From Cyanophora paradoxa CCMP329 (lineage: Eukaryota > Plantae > Glaucophyta), in NCBI GenBank assembly GCA_004431415.1, contig QPMI01000427.1, positions 1-64,000 on the forward strand: a DNA stretch of 64,000 bases, given 5' to 3'. The first letter of the stretch is position 1. Each line of letters opens with the position of its first letter. Under the pieces are notes generated by a model that made no database searches, was not told the DNA's origin, and saw only the letters and a list, made by a program, of their open reading frames with translations. Below are positions 41,517 to 54,315 of the stretch, in pieces. The translations under genes and the position numbers were made by a program.

Positions 41517-44500
41517 ATGAATCGCTGCATGCCCAACACCCTGGTGCGCCGGAGCTTGCCTGGGCACCAGCCCGCCGGCCGCCTTGTCGCGCTTTGGGCC
41601 GCTGATCGAGCGCCCGCCCGCAGCCGTACGCGCTCCTGCTCGCGGAGCACGACGCGCTCGTATCGGAGCACAGGAGCAGGAGGAGCTCGGCCTCCGCCAC
41701 GGGCCGCAAATCCGCTAAGGGCCCCGCCGCGCCGACTTCGGCGGCGGCCTCCGGGGCCCCGCCCCCGCCGAGCCGGCTCGGAGCCGCCGGGCTGCTGGAG
41801 CCGCGGCCCAAGACATCGCCCGCACCGGCGCGCTCAGCGACCAGCAGCAGCGGCGCGTTCTCCGAGTCGCCCGGCCCCGCGCCGCCCCCGCCGGGCTCCT
41901 TCGGGCCCTTCCTGCAGCCGCGGCGCCCGCTGACGGCCGCCGGCGGCATAGACGAGGGGAACCGGCAGTCCGCCGTGACCCTCGCGCGCGCCGTCTCTGC
42001 CACGGGCCTCGTCCGCCCCTCGACCGGCGGCGCACTGCACGTCTCCGCCTCCAACCCGCTCCTCGTGCCCCAGACCCTGAAGTACGCCCTTGCGGTACGT
42101 CGCCGCACCCCCGCCCCCGCGCGCCTTCGTTCTCTCGCGCCTAAGGCGCCCCGCCAGTCGCTGCCGGACCTGGCGCGCACGGGCAACCGCGCCGGCCTGC
42201 GGCGCCAGACGCTCCTGCCCCTGCGCCGCGAGTCGGGCGGCAGCAGCGAGAGCGAGGAGGAGAGCAGCGGGAGCGGCGCGGAGGGCAGCCGAGGGGGCTA
42301 CGGCGGCAGCCGCGGCGAAGGCGGCGGAGGCGGAGCCGGAGGTGGAGGCGGCAGCCGCGGCGGCAGCCGCGGCGAAGGTGGCGGCGGGGGCGGCTCGAGC
42401 GGCGGGTCGCCCGGGGCCGGGAGACGCGGGGCGGGCAGGCGGCGCTCCTCCGTGAAGACCGCCCGCCGCCGCATCTCGACCCTCTCCGGCCACGCGGGGG
42501 GCGGCCTCCCCTCCGCCCAGGTCCAGTACCCCCCTCCCATCCCCCCCCGCGCTGAGCCCCGCCGAAGGCCGACCGCGTCGTCCGCGTGTTCCTCGCGAGC
42601 GCCTTCGGCGAGTTCGGCGTGCGTACCCCCGTCTTCGCCCCTCGCTCTAGAAAGAGATTTAGTACCCCCGTCCGATCGCGATGCGGGCAGCCGGAGAAGG
42701 ACGAGATCCGGACCGTCGCTGTACCCCGCCTGGAGGCCCTGTGCCGCTCCAAGGTGCCCCCTACCCCGCCATCGCCCCCCCCCCCCCCCCCCCCCCCGCG
42801 GGACCCGAACCGAACGCGTACCCCCCTCTCTTCCCCGCCGCTCAGGGCCTGGACCTCGTCGTCGTCGATTTCTCGCGGGGCTCGACCGAGGGGGAGACCC
42901 AGCACGCGCGGGTTCGAATCCCCGCGGAGCCCTTTCCTCTCTCTCTCTCTCCCTCGCGGCTCAAGGGCGCCCCGCGGCAGGCGGTTTCTATGGCACTGCG
43001 CGAGGTCTCGCGCTGCGACTACTTCGTGGGGCTGCTGGGGCGCGAGTACGGCTGGTGCCAGGCGTCGGCCGGCGGGGGCGGGGGCGGCGGGGGCGGACCG
43101 GACACGGCGGGGCCGTCCGGGGCGCAGCAGGCGGCGGCGGGCCGCCCCCCCGACGAGGTGCTGGCCGCGGCGATGGAGGAGGCGGCGGAGGCGTACCCCT
43201 TCGTGGGGGGGCTACGCGATCGCTCGGTCCTGGAGGTGGTCTTCCGGCACGCCCTGCGGCTGGCGGGGACGCCGCTGCCGCCCCCGGCGGGGCCTGGCGG
43301 GGGCATGCGGAGCCCGACGCGGCGGGCGAGCGCCGCTGTGGCGGCCGCAGAGGCGGCGTCCACAACCGCCGCGGCCGCCGCGGACACGTCGCAGCCGCTG
43401 CGGTGCGTCGTGTACGTCCGCGGCCCGGCGCCCGACCCCAAGGGCGCCTCGGTCGCGGCGGCCGGCTCCGGTCTGGGCGCTGGGCGGGCGTCCCGCGCCG
43501 AGCGGGCCACGAGGGCGCCGGCGCCGGGGGCGCGTTGAGGCCGACGGCGGGCCACCCGCGGGTGGAGGACTTGAAGGGCGACGTGCGGGCCGCCGCGGCA
43601 GCGCTGGCGGAGCGGCTGAGGCCGCCCGGCGGGAGCCGCATCGGGAGCCCCGGGGCGGCCGCCCGCCGGGCCCGGGGCCGCCGCGCCTCCGAGCGGGGCG
43701 CGCCCGACCCGCACACCCTAACCGTGAGGGAGGGCCCCCTGGACGGCGGCGCCGGCCTCGCCCCCTCCCTCCGCGCCTCCGCGACCGCCCCGGCCGCCGC
43801 CCCCGGGCGCGCCCCGAGCCCCGACCCCTCCTCCCGCCGCTCCGGCCCCGCGGGGGGTACGCTGCCCGCCACCTCCCGCCGCCTCGCGGAAGTCTTCCTC
43901 GAGGACCTCTCCGCCGCGATCGAGGTCCGCCCCGTACCCCCGCCCGCGCACCCGTACCCCACGAAGGCTCTGAGCTCGTACCCCGCAGCGGGACTTCCCG
44001 GCGAACTTCGACGGCTCGTGGCTGGCCCGGGCGCGCTCCCGCCACGAGGGGTACGCCCGCACCATGCGCGACGCGTACGTCGAGAACCGGTGCGCCGAAA
44101 GAAGGGGGTACAATGCGCACCGTCCGATCCAGACCGACGGGGCGGGGCCGTGGGGGGTACAGGCACGGCGTGGAGCGGCTGGACGCGTACGTGGCGGACA
44201 GCAACGCGACGACGCCCTGCTGCGTCCTCGGGCCCGGCGGCTGCGGCAAGACGGGTACGTCGTTTCGCGCTTCCCGTCGGCACGCGGTTCCCCGCTCAGG
44301 CTCCTTCCCCCTCTCCCGCACAGCACTTCTTTCCTACTGGGCCGCCCGCTACCGCGACCGCCGCAGCGAGGCGCGCCGTTCGATCCCTTCCTACCCCTCC
44401 TCCTATCCGTCTTGAAATCGACGTACCCCCAGAACCGGGGGTGGCTCTTCGCGCACTACGCGTCCCTCAACCGCGAATCGGCGTCGCTGCGTACCCTCCT

Positions 44501-47500
44501 CCGCCGCCTCCAGGGCGAGCTCGTCGGCGCCGTGCGCGTACCCCCCGCCTTCTTACTCCCCCTCCCCTCTTTGACAGTCTACCCCCCACGCAGTTCTACG
44601 ATGAGCTCTCGACCGTTGAGCTCGAGACCATCGGCTCGGCCTGGGTAAGGCGTTTCCCCTCGTACCTCCAGGTGCCGCGGCGCCGTGTACCCTGCTGCAT
44701 CTCCTTCCCTCTTCCTAAATTCCCCCAGGCGGTATCGAAGGCGGCCGCCGCATGCGGCGTGCGGCAGGTCGTGATTGTCATCGACGGTACCCCTGCCGTC
44801 TCTCCTCCCCCCACCCTGCCCTTAACCCCCCTACGCAGGGGTGGACGCGCTCGAGACGGACGATGGGATGGGCTTCCTCCTCCTCCTCCGCGAGGGTGCC
44901 GCCCCGTACCCCCTCTCGTGCTCCTCCCCCGCCCCTCACGTGCCCCCGTACCCCCCTCCAGTCCCCGCCACCCTGGGGCTCTCAGCCTCCATCCCCCCCA
45001 CCTTCTCCTGGATCCCAAAGGTCCCCGTACCCCCCTTCCGTCCCTTCTCCTCCCCCTCACGCCGGGGAGCAGGAGCTGCCTCACGGGATCAAATTGATCT
45101 TCTCGGCCCAATCCGGAGGTGCGGGGGCGGGCGGGCTCCGCTCCGTCGCATGTTTCTCTCTTGGGCGTCCGAATTGTATTTTCGCCGCAGGGGTCGTGGA
45201 GAACGTGGCCCGGGAGCGCCAGTGGGTTCGGCTGCCCATGCGTACCCTCCCCAAGCCCGACCGCCTCCGCCTCGTCCAGGCGCGCCGTACCCCCCTCTCT
45301 CCCTTCCCCCCCCCCCCTTCCTCACGCAGCGCAGGAGCACGCGCAGAGGATCGGGCTGCGGCTCTCGCTGAGGGAGGCCCGCCGGGTCGCCAAGGCGGAG
45401 GAGGAGGCGGTCCCCTCGGGGGCGTCCAGCGGGGCGCCCTCCGCGCGCTCCGGGGGCCCCGGCGGCGCTGGCGGGGACGGGCGCTCCTCCTCGGAAGGCG
45501 AAGGGGAGGGCGGGGGGGGAGGGGGCCGCCGGTCGGACGGGGAGGGGCGAAGCGGGGCGGAGGGCGCCGGGTATGCTTTGCTTAGCCTTGCTTTGCTTCG
45601 CACTTTGAGTTCTTACCTTGGGCCGGGGGTAGGGGCGCGTCGGGCCCGCACGAGAACCCGGCGTTCCTGCGGCTCGCGCTGGCCGAGCTGCGGGCGGCGG
45701 GGGGCGCCCGCGGGGCCGAGGCCCGCCTCGAGCACCTCGCCCAGGCGCGCGACCCCCCTCCCTCTAGCCCGCCTCTGTAAAGGGGGGCGCAGGTTCGGAC
45801 CCTGGAGGAGATGTACAGCGGGCAGGTCTTCCGCCGCTGGGAGCGCGAGCACGGCGAGGCCGTCGGGGTACGCGGTTTCCTCTCCCTTTTCTTCGATTCA
45901 TCGACCCCTTTCGGCGCAGCGGTTCTTCGCGCTGCTGCTGGAGTCGCGCGTGGGGCCGACGGAGGCGGAGGCGCGGGCCGTCCTCGGCCTCTCCGACGCC
46001 GCCTGCAGGCGCGCGATCTCGTACCCCCGGCCTTCTTCTGCCTTTTTTGTCTCCGTTAATAGCGTACCCCCCCCCAACGCAGCCTCATGCTGGGGGCGAT
46101 GGAGGGTACCGTCGTCGCCGCGGGCGGCTCACTCGTCCTCGCCTCCCGCACCGCCCTCGACGTGCGTACCCCCCCCCCCAAAAAAAGCACCCGATCACGC
46201 GTACACCCCCTGAGGCTTTCTTCCCATCCTTCCTTCCAGGCCGCCACGCGCCGCTACATCGACGGGGTGGTCCCCGCTCCGGCATCCCCCGGGGCGGCGC
46301 GCACGTCTACCCCGGCGAGCCCCAGCCCGCCGCTCTTCCTCCGGGGCTCCGCGTTCCCCTCCCCCTCCTTCGCCCCCCTCTCGCGCTCGACGAACCCGCC
46401 CACGGGGACGGGGCGCCACGCCGGTCCTTCCTCCTCCTCCGCGGCCGCAGCCGCGGCGGGGGGCGCGGGGCGCGGCGAGGACGCGTCGGGCGCCGCGCTG
46501 CGGGCGATTGCCGAGTACCACTGGCGGGCCCCGCACTCGGCGCGGCGGGCCGAGGAGCTGCCGTACGCCCTGGAGCGGCTCGGGCGCTGGCGCGAGCTCG
46601 CGGAGTACCTGACGGAGGAGGGCACGTTCCTGGAGCGGGCGGGGGAGGAGCCCGGGCCCTTCGCCGCGCACTGCCCCCAGGCCCTCCACGACATCGACGT
46701 GGGGCGGGCCTGGGGCCGCCTCGCCGCCGCCGCCGAGCGCGCCGAGGCCGCCGCCGCCTCCGCCGCCGCTGCCGCTGGCGCCGCTGCCGCCGTCGGAGCG
46801 GAGCGCGCCGGCGCGGGCGGCACGCCGCCCATCACCGAGCGGGGCGGGGGCGGTGGGGGCGGGGCGGGAGCAGCGGGGCGCCGACGGCCCGCAGCGCGGC
46901 GGCGTCTCTGGAGGCGGGGGCGGCGGGGGCGGCGGCGGAGGCGGCCGAGCGCGCTCCGCCGCTGCTGGAGGCGGGGCGGCCCCTGGAGTCCCTGTCCCTC
47001 ACCGACGCCCTCCGCGTGATGCTCGTCCGCCGCGAGGAGGCCGCGTGGGCCGCCCGCGCCGGCGGCGCCTGGGCCGGCGAGGCCGCCGCCGGCTACGAGG
47101 AGGGGGCCTCCGGGGGCGGCGGCGTGGTGCGCCCCGCCTCGGGCTCAGCCGCGGACCGCGCCGCCGCATTCCAGCGCTCCGCGTCCGTGCGGGCCTCCCG
47201 CCGGACCCTCTCCTCCCAGAGCTTCCGAGCCGGCGAGGCCGGCGGCGGCCCGGCGCCCTTCGCCGCGCCCCTCCGCGAGTCCCTCTTCGCCTTCGCGCTG
47301 AGGGCGGGGGCCCTCCTGGACCGCCTGGGGTACGCCGATTCCGCCCTGGAGATGTACGAGCGAGCCCTGTGGGAGGCCGGCGCCGACCTGCGGCGGCCCG
47401 TGCCGGCGACGGGGTACACGCGCGCGCAGCTCGCGGCCGTCCTGTGGCGCGCGGGGCGCCTCTGCCTCATCCGCGGGGACGCCGTGGGGGCCGTAGACTA

Positions 47501-49516
47501 CCTGGCGCGGGCCTGCCAGCGCCCGCAGCAGCCGCCGAGGCGCGGGGCCGCCCCCGGCTCGAAATCCTTCCTCGGCCCCGCCCCCTCGTTCCTCCTCGCC
47601 CCGGCCGCCTCCGCCGCCTCCGGGGTCGGCCGGACCTCCGTGCGGCACCTGGGGGCCAGCCTGCTCGCCTCGCTCCCGCCCCACATCCTGGCCCTAGCCG
47701 CCCACGAACAGCCCGAGCCCGGGCTCGTCGCCGGCTCCGGCGGGGGCGAGTACGCGTGGGGGCCCCTCGCCCCCCACTCCGCCCTCGCCCTCCCCTCCCT
47801 CGAGGCACTCGACCCCCCCCGCGACCCCGAGGCCGTGCGTACCCCTTTTCCCCCCCGCAAAAAACGAATCTGAGTACCCCCCAGGGCGTCGCCTTCGAGG
47901 ACTACGCGGCGGCCCTCACATCCCTCGGGCGGGTGCGCACTCCAAAAAAGATAAAATGCACTACTCCCCCTTAACTCCTTCCCCCCCCAGTTCGACTTGG
48001 CGCTGGACTGCCTGGAGCACGCGCACCTCCAGAACCGGGCGCGCCCGGCGCTGCTCGCGGGGGTCTTCCAGCGCCTCGGGGGCCTCCTCGCCCTCGTCGA
48101 CCTGCGCGCCGACGCCGCCGCCGCCTGCGAGCGCGCCCTCGCCATCCGCCGCGAGCTCTACGGCCCCGACGACCTCGAGGCCGCCAGCTCCCTCCAGGGT
48201 ACGCCGTTCGGTCTATTTTAGGACCGGCGAGCTCGGCGCGAGACGGGGCGGGGCGGCGCAGCGCTGGGGCGGGTGCTGCGGGACGGCGTGCCGCCGCTGG
48301 TCGAGCGGGCAGCGGAGGAGTTTCGCCGGGCCGCGCAGGTCGCCGCCGGCGTCTGCGGGTTCGAATCCTCGCAGCACGCCTCGCTCCTCATCGACCTCGC
48401 CCATTGCTCCGCCCTCCGCGTGCGCCCGGCGCTGTACCCCCCTCCCCCATCTTCTCCCTGGTCCGGGCTTAGGCGGCGTCGCAGGGGGACGCGGCGTCTC
48501 TGGCGGAGTGTGAGGCGGCGCTGGCGCGGGCGGAGGCGGCGCCGGAGCTCGGGGCCGCCGAGCGCGCGCGGGCGGCCGGCGTGCGCGCCCTCGCCCTCGA
48601 CGCCCGCGGCGCCGTCCTCGACGGCGTACCCCCCGGCCCGGGCGCCCCCGCCCTGCACCTCGCCTCCCGCCGCCGCCTCCCCGCGCTCGCCTCGGCGCCC
48701 TCGGCCGCGCCGCCTCCCGCCGAGGGCGGCGGGGAGGGCGAGGGCGGGGCGGCTCCGGCGGCGGCGACGCCGCAGGCGCCGCGGGCGCCGCTGGGGCGGG
48801 CGGAGAGCCTCGCGGCGGCCGTCGCGATGGACCGGTCCAAGGCCGTGCGGGAGCCGCCGCCCCCGCCCCTGGAGGACGAGCCCCGGGCCGCCCACGAGGC
48901 CGCCCTGGAGGGGTACGCCAGGCAGCTCGCCGGCCTCCTGTGGACGCGGGGGGGTACGCCCGCGGACGCGGCGGGGCCGAGCGGGGCGCGGGGGCCGGAG
49001 GCCGTGGCCTGCCTGCGGGCGATGGCGGGGGTACACGAGCGCCTCGGGGACCGCATGGCCGCCCTCGAGCGCCTCGAGTTCGCCGTCCAGGCGAGCCCGT
49101 ACCCCCTCGAATCTCTTTCCCCCTTCTCCCTGCTGACGTCACGTGCGGGGGTACAGGTGCAGCAGCAGCTGAAGATGGACGAGACGCCACAGGGCGCCGA
49201 GCTGCTCCGCGAGATCGCCGAACTCCACAGGTGCGAACCTCCCGCCGTCGCCTCCAGGGGTACGCTCGTCCCTTTTTTTACGCCTCCTCCGGGGAACCAG
49301 GATGGAGGGGGCGTACGTGAACTCGCTGCCCTTCCTCATGCGCGCCGTCTACGTCCAGCGCCTCGCCGGCGCCGGCCCCGTGCGCCCCTAGCCTCTGAGC
49401 CTGACAATTGCAAGATTCGATCGCGGAGCGCTGACCCGAGTTCGGTGCAGGCGGAGGCGGTGCGGGAGCGCATCGCGGACGGCAGCGCCGTGCACGCCGC
49501 CATCCGCAAACACTAG
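41517..49516 (+). CDS. DUF4062-NACHT/AAA-TPR (NPHP3/TEP1-like STAND) protein, multi-exon
   Basis: RVFLASAF..ERD, LDLVVVDFSRG, LREVSRCDYFVGLLGREYGW (DUF4062); P-loop VLGPGGCGKT-ALL (44224-44253); VVIVIDG-VDAL; RRAEELPYAL; TPR-like ACERALAIRRELYGPDDLEAASSL; stop at 49516. Start is uncertain. Confidence 0.8.
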
Positions 49517-50102
49517 CCGCGGGGGCCCCAGCGCCCTTCCGTCCCCGTCGCAGCGCGCCTGGCCGTCCTTCACTCCTTATTCCTCTAACTAGTCGTCTGA
49601 TTACACATGATTTAATTACTAATTACTTCGAAGCACGCCGGTCAACTACGTCGGGCCTGTAGGCCCGCCGCGGCCACTGGGCCAAGGATGGCGAATTTAG
49701 GAGTCTGCTCCGAGGCTCACCCAGCGAATTTCCTACAGAACTGGAGTCTGCTCAGCGGCTCACCCAGCGCGCCTCCACGTGGAGTTTTCAAGTTTCGGCA
49801 AAGGCCGCAAATCGCCGAATTTAGACGCGGCCAAGGACGGCGAATTCGCCCCCTCCGAGGCTCCCATGCGAGCCGGATCCCCCCTTATACGTGTATACGG
49901 CGATATTGCGCACGCGAGCCGGATCCCCCCCTCGTCCTCATTTAAATTTCCTCCAAATCCCCGCTCCTCCCCTCTGCTCCTCTTCTCTCCCTCTCGACGT
50001 CCACGGCGATTTGGAGTACCCCGCCGGGAGTGCTTTGCAGTGCTTCACTCCACTGATATACTTCACTCCACCTGGGGACTCGCACGGGTTCTGACGCGCG
50101 CG

Positions 50103-52406
50103 ATGGACATCCCGAAGCAAATGACGGCCCTCGTCCTCCACGGTGCATGCGCATGCCCCGCCCGGTCCCGCCCCCGCTGGCGTCATGATCAGCCGGGGCG
50201 GGGGCACAGGCAAGGGAAAAATCGGTCTCGTAAAGAAGCCCGTGCGTGAGCGTTCCGACCGCGTTCCGGGATGCGCGCTTGCCGCGTTCCGCGCGCGCTG
50301 CGTCCGAATCCATGGCCAGCGCAAGCCCAGCCCGGCCCGTCTTCGCGCCCCGCCGACACGCCAGCGCCGGCGCCGGCGCCGGCGCGGCGCAGGTGCCCGA
50401 CCCTAACGCCGGTGAGGCGCTGATCAAGATCACCTGCACCACCGTGCGCACCCGCCGCGCCCGCATGCATATATATGCTGATGCTGCCGCGCCGTCAGAT
50501 CTGCGGCACGGGTGCGCTGCGCATGCGCCCGTCGGCGCCCGTCTCGCGGAGGGCCCGGGGTTGCAGTCCGCTGATCGCCGAACGCTGAGCGGCAGACGTG
50601 CATATCTGGAAGGGCGAGATCGATAATATTCCGTTCGGCCGCACTGTCGGACAGTGCGCGTCGCCGCTGCCGCCGCTGCCGCGTTCAGCGACGCCCTGGC
50701 CCGCGCAGCGAGCCCGTGGGCGTGGTCGCCAAGCTCGGCCCCGGCGTGGAGGGGTACGAGATCGGCCAGCGCGTCATCGTCGGCGCCATCACGTGCGTGT
50801 ACCTGTCCTGCCCCCCCCCCCCCCCTTTGTTTTTGCTTTGAATCCGACGGTACCCCGGCAGGCCGTGCGGGTACTGTGGGGCGTGCCAGGAGGGCCACTC
50901 CGCCCAGTGCGGCGGCCACAGTGCCGGCGGCTGGAAGCTCGGCAACACCGTCGACGGCTCCCAGGCGCGCCGTACCCTCCTGAACCCCCCCTTCTCTCCC
51001 CCCCCCCCCTCCCCCCCCGACCCCGCCTCGGGGGCGCAGGCGGAGTACATGATCGTGCCGTCGGCGATGTACAACATGTGCCCCATCCCGGACTCGCTCT
51101 CTGACGAGCAGGTCCTCTTGTGTTGCGGTGAGCCCCCTGCCCCCCCCCCCCCTCTCCCCCCCCCCCCCCCCCCCCCTCCCCTCCCGCGGGCTCACGTCCG
51201 CGGCGGCAGACATCATGAGCACGGGCTTCTCGGGCCCAGAGGCGGCCAAGGTCAAGATCGGGGACTCGGTCGCCGTCTTCGCGCAGGGCCCCGTCGGCCT
51301 CTGCGCCACCCTCGGCGCCAAGCTCATGGGCGCCACCAAGATGTCCGTACCCCCCGGCCCGCCCCGGCCCGGCCGCGGCCCCCGCCCGCCCGATAGCCAT
51401 ACATAGCCTTGCGCAGCATCGGTGTGGATTCGAACCCCGTGCGCCTCGAACTCGCCAAGAAGATGGGCGCCGACCTCGGTGCGCCCCGCCCCGCCCCCTC
51501 CGCTCTTCTACGGGCCGTGCGGAGGCCTAGGCCCGCGCCCACGCCGCGCCACGGGCAGTGGTGAACTACAAAATGCACGAGCCGGTGGCGGAGATCAAGC
51601 GCATGACGGGGGGGCGCGGCGTCGACGTCGCCGTCGAGGCCCTGGGCTCGCAGGCCCGCCCGTCCCCGCCCCGCCCCGCCCCGCCCTTTCCTCCTCCTTC
51701 TCTGAGGGGGGAGCGCATGCATATGCACAGGGGACCTTCGCGAACGGGATGAGGGTCGGTCCCCCGCGCGCCCCGCCCCGCCCCGCGCCCGGGCGCCGGC
51801 TCGCCGCTCGCGATCGAGCGTGGCGCAGGTCCTCAAGCCCGCTGGCCGCTTGGCCTCCCTCGGCGTCTACTCGGCGGCCGTCACGGCCCGCACCGGCGCC
51901 CCCTCCCCTCTGCGCCCCCACGGGGCGGGGCTGACGGCGCTGGGCCGGGGGCGCAGCTCGGGCCGCAAGACTTCGCGTGCGGCCTCGGCGACCACACGAT
52001 CGCGTGCTCCCTCTGCCCCGGCGGCAAGGAGCGCATGCGCCGGTGCGCCGCGCCCCGCCCGAGCGCAGCGCAGCGCCCCTGGACCTGGACCTCGAGCCTC
52101 TGGATCCGGATCTCATGGCGGGGCGCCGGGGCGGGCGGGGCGCAGGCTGATGTCGGTGATCGAGGCGAAGCGGGCGGACGTGTCGCCGCTCGTGACCCAC
52201 CGCTTCGCCCTCTCCAACATCGAGGAGGCCTACAGGGCGCGCGCCGCTCTCGAGCTCCGGATCCGAGCTCGGCCTTGCAATTGAGCGAGCCCAGAGTCTC
52301 ACGGTCCGGGCGCCGGGGGCGCGCGCAGGTCTTCGCGAACCAGGTGGACGGCTGCCTCAAGGTCGCCATCTACCCCGACGAGATCTTCAGGACCGTCGAG
52401 CACTAG
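50103..52406 (+). CDS. Zn-dependent alcohol dehydrogenase (MDR family, bacterial secondary-ADH-like), 16 exons
   Basis: Spliced by hand: TTICGTDVHIWKG, GHEPVG, PCGYC..CQ.G...QC, GSQAEY, CCDIMSTG, VAVFAQGPVGL, GVDVAVEALG, LCPGGKERMRRLM, LVTHRF, LKVAI. Confidence 0.92.
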
Positions 52407-54315
52407 CGCTGGCTCCAGCCCCCCGCTCCCTTCCACGGCCCCCCATATTGCATGCGCCGATCCGATCCGTAAAGCTGCACTTTAAGTAGTCGTCTGATTG
52501 CACATAATATTAATTCAATTACTAATTACTTCGGAGCACGTGCATGTCGATCGACGTCATGGGATATTAGGCCTGTATATGTAGTCCGCGCTAGCGTCGG
52601 CTGCGGGCCCAGTCGAACCACGTGTCGTGCCCGACGCTCTCGACGCCGCGCAGCGGGCTCCGGTCCCCCGTCCTCGCCTCGTACTGCGCCCCGTTAGATC
52701 CGAATTCCGGATCCAATCATTTTTGCGCGCTTGCGCGGCGCGCTTGGATCGAATTCCGGATCCAATCAATTTTGAATTCGATCGCTCACCTCGCGGCGCT
52801 CCTCGGGCGTGAGGAGGTGCGGCGTCGCGTGGGCCTTGCGCGTGATGGCCGCCTTGCGCCCCGCCTGCACCGAGACCTCGTGCTGGAGATTCGAATTCGA
52901 AGGCGGGTCGGCGAAGGCCGCGCGCAAATCGGCGAATTTATACGCGGGCAAGGCCGGCGAATTTAGGACGGCGGTAAACGTAGCGCTAGAAATTCCCGAT
53001 TTAAGACGGGGCCACGCGCGCAAGGGCAGCTGGCCCAGCGGCCTTGCCATGATCGCACCTGTCGCTCTTCCTCCTCCTCCGACCCGGGCTCGAGCGACGT
53101 GTGCAGCCGGCGCTCCTTCTCCTTCGGCCGCTGCACCTCGCGGTACTGGCGCCGATGCAGAGGGAATCATGAGCAGCGGTCGCAGAAACATTTGAATTTC
53201 TAGATCTGCAGAACTGGATCGGAGTCTGCTCACCCAGCGCGCCTCGTCATCTGAGAGCGACGCCGGGTTGTTGTGCGCCCTTCGCGTCACCCCGGCTGCG
53301 AGCAAGAACTTGAGCTTCGACATTGGAAGCCCGAAGAACGGACGCGAAAACAAAAATCGCAAATTTGCCGGACCTTGCTTCGCGGCCCTCGAGCGCACGC
53401 GGAACCGCTCTCCCACCGCGTCCTCGCTAATGCCGAAGAGCCGCGCGCGGCGCCTCACCTCCTCCACCGGAAGCTCGCGATCTTTGTCCGACATCGATAT
53501 ATATATCGCCGCTGTTTCGAGTTGCATAAGCTTTTCGATTTCCTCTAGCTAGCCTGCGCGCAGCCTGCGCGCGGCGCCCTGTGCACGTTGCCTTTATTAA
53601 TTTTCTCTCCAGCTGCAACGTTAACGTTGACGCTCTTCCCTCGAGGCTCGAGCTCGTCATCAGAGTCCTGATCATGATGATCAGACTCTGAGACTCACCC
53701 CTTTTCTTCTTCGCTACGTATACGTATACCGGTATATACCGTACGTAGCTTTCCGAAGTTCCGAGTTCGATTCCCTCGATCAAACTTCGGCGCTTTCCCC
53801 TCCAGATCCTCGGAGGCTCCTCGATGAATTCGAAAAATCCTTCATCGGGCCCTTTTTTTCTCATGATGATCAGCTATACATGTTAACGTTCGACGAACGT
53901 TGCACGTGGACGTTTCGGATTCGGATCTGGAGTGTCGAGTCATGATCACTGTCGACGTCGGACCACTGTCGGTATACAATTAGAGTCATTATTAAACTCG
54001 GAGACTCGAGTCGGAGTCTTGGACTCGAAGACTCGGAGCCTGTCGCCGGGCTGTCGGAGCCTCGGAGGGACATTATCATCTAGTTATAAAATTATCTTCT
54101 AGCCGATCGAACTTCATCGAAGCTTATAATTAAGCCTTCGATCGCTCAAAGGCATCGATAACTCTTCGTGGTACCGAGGCAGCGAGGAGGCTGCTGGGAG
54201 GCTGCAGGAACGCTGTGCTAAGAATTCTGTGCCCGCGCCCAACTGCTTCGATATCCGCGCACATCCGCGGCTCGGCACGATCAGTTTGAGATCGATATCG
54301 CCGCATCGGATATCG

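Noticed and set aside
52766-53527. 253-aa ORF as a protein-coding gene
   Set aside because: No convincing domain, and it overlaps sequence duplicated in degenerate form at 49.7-49.9 kb; more likely repeat-derived.
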